The position numbers and the translations under genes were made by a program. This document shows positions 26,423 through 31,127 of a stretch of 31,127 bases of DNA, piece after piece. Each line of letters opens with the position of its first letter. The stretch's first letter is position 1. Source of the DNA: a virus (taxonomy: Duplodnaviria > Caudoviricetes); IMG/VR virus record IMGVR_UViG_3300033475_001778, positions 1 to 31,127 of that record; one strand, written 5' to 3'. The notes beneath the pieces are model-generated. The model saw only the letters and a list, made by a program, of their open reading frames with translations. It searched no databases and was not told the origin of the DNA.

Positions 26423-29068
26423 ATGGATAACGCCCTGAAACTTCGCGTCATGTTCGACATGATCGATAACATGACGAAGCCCCTTAAAACCATGCTGGCG
26501 GGTCATAAGGGGCTTGCCAACTCGCTTAAGGACACCCGGCGCGAGCTGGCCGAAATGGGCAAGGCACAGAAGGCCGTCGCCTCATTCCGCGAAATGCGTG
26601 CCGGCCTCGACGCCACCGGCACGCAGCTCGCCACCGCGCGCGGCAACGTCAAGAAACTGGCCGACTCGCTGCGCACGATGGGGCCGCCCTCGCAAAAGAT
26701 GATTGCCGACCTGCAGGGCGCACGCGAAGCGGCGCGCGCCGTATCGCAGCAACACAAGGCACAAACGCAGGCGCTGAACGAGCTGCGCACAAAGCTCGAA
26801 ACGGCCGGCATCAATACCCGCAACCTCTCACAGCACGAGCGCAACCTACGCGCGAATATAGCCTCCACCACGGCCGCCATGAACGCACAGGCCGCAAAGC
26901 TCGAGCAAATCAGCGAGCGCGAGCGGCGTGTCGCCACCGCGCGCAAGAGCATGCAGGGTATGCAGGGCGTCGCTGCCGGCATGGCTGTAGGCGGCTATGC
27001 GGCACGATCGACCGGCATGCACATAATCGGCGATCTGCGCGAGACGCTTGACGAATCGAAGAAGGCCGAAAATGAGGTGATGCGTATCAAGGCGCTAGGC
27101 TTGGGCGATCACGCAGCGGCAGACGCGGTCAAATACGCCGAAGCCATGAAGGTGTACGGCACCAGCACGACCGATAACCTCACCATGATGCGCGATTCGC
27201 TATCGATTTTTGCGGACGAGCATCATGCGCAAATGGTGATGCCGACGCTCGCAAAAATGAAGTTCGCCAATGAATCCATGTTTGGTGCGGAGGATGCGCA
27301 CGCGAACGAAGAAAAGTTCATGAACATGCTGAAGGTGATCGAGCTGCGCGGCGGCACGAAGAACGAAGCCACGTTCAAGGACGAAGCGAACATGGTTCAA
27401 AAAGTTCTCACGGCCACCGGCGGCCGTGTGGGCGGCGACGAGTGGCGCAACTTCATCCAGACCGGCGGCGTCGCTGCCAAGCAGATGCGCAAAGACGCGT
27501 TCTATTACCAGATGGAGCCGTTGATTCAGGAAATGGGCGGGCATGCTGTCGGCACCGGACTTATGTCCGCATACAGCAACGTCTACCAGGGTAAAACCAC
27601 GGTCAAAGCGGCCAAGGTCATGATGGGCCTCGATCTGCTCGATAAGAACAAGGTCGAATACAACAAGATCGGCATGATCAAACAGATCCGGCCGGGCGCG
27701 CTTGCCCGCGGCGACATGCTCAAGGCCTCGCCGCTTGAATGGCTCGAAAAGGTTCTCTTGCCGAAGCTGGCCGCGAAGGGCATCACCGACCCGGACAAGG
27801 TCAAGGACATGATTGCGACGATTTTCACGAATCGCACTGCCGCGAATCTGTTCACGACCATGTATATGCAGAAGGACCAGATTCACAAAAACGAAAAACT
27901 CAACGCTGGCGCCGATGGCATCGACCAGCTCAACGAGAAAGGACAACAGACGACGCGGGGCAAGGAGATACAGCAACTCGCCCGGCTGCGCGACCTGAAA
28001 CGGGAGATCGGGAAGACCGTAACGCCTATCTATAACGCCGCGCTACAGGCGACCGCGGTCGCTACGGATAAGGTCGTCCGCTTCATGCGCGAACACAGCA
28101 CCGCCGCGAAAGCGATAATCGTCCCGCTCGCCGCGCTGGCGGCCGTCCTCGTTGTGGCCGGCACCCTGACGATCGCGCTCGCCGGCGTGCTCGGCCCGAT
28201 GGCGATTCTCAAATTCAGTATGACGACGCTCGGCATGCAGGGCGGCATTCTGGCTCGTGCGCTCGGCATGGGCGCGAGCGCTTTCCGTATGCTCGGCTCG
28301 GCGATCATGTTTGTCGGTCGCATGATGCTGATGAACCCGATCGGCCTCGCGATCTCAGGCATCGCGCTCGCCGCGTTCCTGATCTATCAATATTGGGAGC
28401 CGATCAAGGGGTTTTTCGGCGAGCTATGGGAAAACGTGCGCGGCGTGTTTGCCGGCGGTATTGGCTCGATCAGCGCATTTATCCTTAACTGGTCACCCCT
28501 TGGCCTGTTCTACCAGGCATTCGCAGGCGTGCTGTCGTGGTTTGGAATCGACATGCCGGCGAAGTTTGCGGAATTCGGTGCAAACATTCTTTCCGGCCTT
28601 GTGAGCGGCATTACATCCGGCCTCGGCGCGGTTAAAGACGCGATCGTGAATGTCGCAGACTCTACCGTTGGATGGTTCAAGGAAAAGCTAGGCATCCATA
28701 GCCCGAGTCGCGTTTTCGGCGAGCTGGGCGGATTCGTGAGCCAGGGCGCGGCGATCGGCATGGAGAACGAACAGGGCAGGGTAGCCAGGGCAGCGATCGG
28801 CCTCGCAGCAGTCGCGGCAACCTCGTTCGCAAATGGGGCCGCTACGCCGCTCGTACGCCCGAGTGTGCCATTCGATACCCGCCCACCTCTCACAGCGGCA
28901 CCAGCGGGCGGAAATGCGGCCGGCGCTGCAGGCCAGACGATCATCAACATCTATCCGCAGAAGGGCGACGACCCGGCCGCGATCGCGCGAGCGGTTGAGG
29001 CGGCACTGGATCGCCGCGATCGCGCGAAGCAATCGCGCATCGGCTCGCGCCTGTCTGATAAGGAGTAA
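26423..29068 (+). CDS. T: Tail tape-measure protein, P2 gpT
   Basis: 881 aa Ala-rich helical protein with hydrophobic segments; NPIGL, IYQYWEPIK.FF, FKEKLGIHSPSRVF. Confidence 0.93.
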   Translation: MDNALKLRVMFDMIDNMTKPLKTMLAGHKGLANSLKDTRRELAEMGKAQKAVASFREMRAGLDATGTQLATARGNVKKLADSLRTMGPPSQKMIADLQGAREAARAVSQQHKAQTQALNELRTKLETAGINTRNLSQHERNLRANIASTTAAMNAQAAKLEQISERERRVATARKSMQGMQGVAAGMAVGGYAARSTGMHIIGDLRETLDESKKAENEVMRIKALGLGDHAAADAVKYAEAMKVYGTSTTDNLTMMRDSLSIFADEHHAQMVMPTLAKMKFANESMFGAEDAHANEEKFMNMLKVIELRGGTKNEATFKDEANMVQKVLTATGGRVGGDEWRNFIQTGGVAAKQMRKDAFYYQMEPLIQEMGGHAVGTGLMSAYSNVYQGKTTVKAAKVMMGLDLLDKNKVEYNKIGMIKQIRPGALARGDMLKASPLEWLEKVLLPKLAAKGITDPDKVKDMIATIFTNRTAANLFTTMYMQKDQIHKNEKLNAGADGIDQLNEKGQQTTRGKEIQQLARLRDLKREIGKTVTPIYNAALQATAVATDKVVRFMREHSTAAKAIIVPLAALAAVLVVAGTLTIALAGVLGPMAILKFSMTTLGMQGGILARALGMGASAFRMLGSAIMFVGRMMLMNPIGLAISGIALAAFLIYQYWEPIKGFFGELWENVRGVFAGGIGSISAFILNWSPLGLFYQAFAGVLSWFGIDMPAKFAEFGANILSGLVSGITSGLGAVKDAIVNVADSTVGWFKEKLGIHSPSRVFGELGGFVSQGAAIGMENEQGRVARAAIGLAAVAATSFANGAATPLVRPSVPFDTRPPLTAAPAGGNAAGAAGQTIINIYPQKGDDPAAIARAVEAALDRRDRAKQSRIGSRLSDKE

Positions 29069-29074
29069 TCCGAC

Positions 29075-29782
29075 ATGATGCTGTCACTCGACCATTTCGT
29101 TTTCAGCCTCACGACTGCCCCGTACAAGGAGCTGCAGCGTCAGCGCAACTGGAAGCACGCCACCAGCTCACGCGTCGGCGCGCGCGCCGCAAGCCAGTAC
29201 GTGGCCCCTGGCGATGACACGATCACGCTTGCCGGCATGGTCGCGGCCGATAACAAGATCGGCACGCGCGCTTCGCTCGACGATCTGGCCAAGATGGGCG
29301 ATGTAGGCGACGCCTATGTACTGGTCGATGGGATGGGGACGGTATTCGGTGCGTTCATCATCGACGGACTGAACGAAACGGCGACCTATCACACGTCCGA
29401 AGGCATCCCCCGCAAGATCGAATTCAACCTGACATTGAAACGTGTCGCCGATGAGACACTGGCGGCACAGCAGGGCGACGGAAAGAAAACAGAGGACGCG
29501 GCTGCGAGCCGGCTGAACGATATCAAGGCCGTTTCCAGGGTGGCATCCGATGCGGTGGACCGGGTTAAGAGCCTGTCGCTTAACAGCATCAAGGCCGGCG
29601 CAATCACGGTCGCCGCGACGATGGCACCCGGCGCAGCAGAAGCCGCGATCAAGGGGCTATCTACAGGGAACGGCGCAGCGCTCGACAAGGCGCTCGGCGC
29701 GGCTAAGGATATTTCATCGGGCAATGGCGAAGCGATCGCCGGAATCGTTTCCTACATCCTCGAAAAGACGAGCGGCACATGA
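29075..29782 (+). CDS. U: Tail protein, P2 gpU, with ~110-aa Ala-rich C-terminal extension
   Basis: MM.L..FVFSL.T.PY.ELQR, SRVGAR..SQY, D.ITL.G, PRKIEF.LTLKRV. Confidence 0.9.
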   Translation: MMLSLDHFVFSLTTAPYKELQRQRNWKHATSSRVGARAASQYVAPGDDTITLAGMVAADNKIGTRASLDDLAKMGDVGDAYVLVDGMGTVFGAFIIDGLNETATYHTSEGIPRKIEFNLTLKRVADETLAAQQGDGKKTEDAAASRLNDIKAVSRVASDAVDRVKSLSLNSIKAGAITVAATMAPGAAEAAIKGLSTGNGAALDKALGAAKDISSGNGEAIAGIVSYILEKTSGT

Positions 29783-30843
29783 CAGAACAGACTCCCGCGA
29801 TCGCACGCCGGCAACCACAGTCCGATTACAGAATCACGCTCGACGGCCGCGATCTTTCCCGCCTGATCGCCCCTAGCCTCATTAGTCTGTCGCTCAGGGA
29901 ATCACGCAGCGACGAAGCCGATACGATCGACCTCGTCATCGACGACTCTAAAAACACGTTCGCCATTCCGAAACGCGGCGCAAACATCAAGGTAGCGATC
30001 GGATGGGTCGGTGAGCCGCTTGTCGAAAAAGGGACGTTTTCCGTCGACGAAGTCGAGCATAGCGGCACGCCTGATATTCTGACGATCCGCGCGCGGTCGG
30101 CGTCGATGACAAACCAGATGCACGAGCGGCGCGAACAGAGCTGGCACGGGCTGACTATCGGCTCGATCGTGCGCGCCATTGCCGGCCGCCACTCGCTCAA
30201 AGCTGCGGTTTCCGATGTGCTCGCCAGGATCGTGATCGCGCACATCGACCAGACGCACGAAAGCGACATGTCTTTTCTGACACGGCTCGCGAAGCGTTAC
30301 GACGCCGTGATGAACGTCAAGGATTTAAACCTGCTGTTCATGCCCATAGGTAGCGGCAAGACGGCGAGCGGCAAAGCGCTGAGTGTGTTGAATCTCACGC
30401 GTGCTGACGGCGACTCACACCGCTATCACGTCGCGCAGCGTGAGAGCTATTCGGCCGTTCGGGCGCACTACCACTCAAACACGAAGGGAAAGCGCAAGTC
30501 CGTCATCGTCGGTGGCGACAACAATAAGAACGTGAAAGTACTGCCGGAGGACTATGCGACCGAAGCCGAAGCGCGGGCGGCCGCCCAGGCCGAGTTTGCG
30601 CGCACGCAGCGCAGTCAGGCGACGTTCTCTTACCAGCTAGCCCTTGGTCGGCCGGAGATTTTCCCGGAGCTGCCTGTGACCGTCGCCGGATTCAAACCGG
30701 AAATCAACGAGACGCCCTGGCTGGTGAAACAGGCAACGCACACGCTCAACGGCGATGGCGGCCTGACCACGTCACTCGAAATGGAAGTGCGCGACGACCC
30801 GACGACCGACCGGCACCGCTCCCACTTCCGTAAGGGCGGTTAG
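29779..30843 (+). CDS. D: Baseplate hub / 'late control' protein, P2 gpD
   Basis: EAD.IDL.IDDS, KG.F.VDEVEHSG.PD.LTIRARS, HIDQT.ESD.SFLTRLA, LA.GRPEI.PE, GFKPEI. Confidence 0.95.
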   Translation: MTEQTPAIARRQPQSDYRITLDGRDLSRLIAPSLISLSLRESRSDEADTIDLVIDDSKNTFAIPKRGANIKVAIGWVGEPLVEKGTFSVDEVEHSGTPDILTIRARSASMTNQMHERREQSWHGLTIGSIVRAIAGRHSLKAAVSDVLARIVIAHIDQTHESDMSFLTRLAKRYDAVMNVKDLNLLFMPIGSGKTASGKALSVLNLTRADGDSHRYHVAQRESYSAVRAHYHSNTKGKRKSVIVGGDNNKNVKVLPEDYATEAEARAAAQAEFARTQRSQATFSYQLALGRPEIFPELPVTVAGFKPEINETPWLVKQATHTLNGDGGLTTSLEMEVRDDPTTDRHRSHFRKGG

Positions 30844-30893
30844 CACATCCTCTGGTAAATTAACGGTCATAAAATAGCCAATCGGGACCGTTT

Positions 30894-31127
30894 ATGCCTG
30901 TTACATGCACCTTTCGGCTAAGCGCCAAACCGACGATTATCAAGGGCATTCACCGCGGCCGGTTCCGTTTGCACCCGACCGGGCCGCAAGGATTGAGCGA
31001 GGAGTGCATCACGCTCACCAGCCCACGTCGTTTTGCGCAGTTTGCGGCGGACCTGAGGAAGCAGGGAGCTACCTGGCCGGTCCCTGGTAGCTCACTTGAA
31101 GCGTACGGCTGGGTGAACGTGCAATGA
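30894..31127 (+). pseudogene. DUF2778/Tlde1-like (L,D-transpeptidase-fold) gene, apparently internally deleted
   Basis: N-terminal MPVTCTFRL joined directly to RGRFRLHPTGPQGLSEECITL...YGWVNV; only 77 aa. Confidence 0.6.

Larger units (their letters stand above)
1..31127. mobile_element. P2-like temperate phage/prophage (replication, packaging, head, lysis and tail modules; immunity/integration module outside the window)
   Basis: Complete P2 gene order A...Q,P,O,N,M,L,X,lysis,R,S,V,W,J,I,H,G,FI,FII,E,E',T,U,D with divergent P/O arrangement, cos-like and ori-like sites. Confidence 0.97.

Noticed and set aside
24426-27976. Long antisense ORFs (335, 319 and 258 aa) opposite sheath, tube and tape-measure genes
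   Set aside because: Typical shadow frames of high-GC coding DNA with no recognisable domains
1-31127. CRISPR array, tRNA/rRNA, IS element, integrase or att site
   Set aside because: No regularly spaced repeats, RNA-gene signatures, transposase or recombinase motifs were seen by eye

Overview
The window is most of a P2-like (Peduoviridae-type) temperate phage or prophage. The high-GC backbone and protein style suggest a Burkholderiaceae host (inference). Gene order: rolling-circle replication protein A with its internal ori, two Ogr/Delta zinc-finger activators, a membrane protein, an AT-richer cargo island straddling the cos site, then Q-P / O-N-M-L-X, two holin-like genes, endolysin, spanins, R-S, a moron, V-W-J-I-H, a second fibre-tip gene, G, FI-FII-E/E'-T-U-D. 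No integrase, repressor or att site lies in the window. The accessory cargo is the most interesting part: (i) a HEPN-motif protein plus an HNH nuclease left of cos and a KAP P-loop NTPase right of cos, in the known P2 anti-phage hotspot between A and Q; (ii) a stand-alone antisense zinc-deaminase gene (RxxDxExK...PCxxC) between S and V with no neighbouring immunity gene; (iii) an apparently internally deleted DUF2778/Tlde1-like gene after D. Structural oddities include a capsid scaffold with a signal-peptide-like extension and a duplicated, diverged tail-fibre tip module. All family calls come from motif recognition and synteny; no database search was run.
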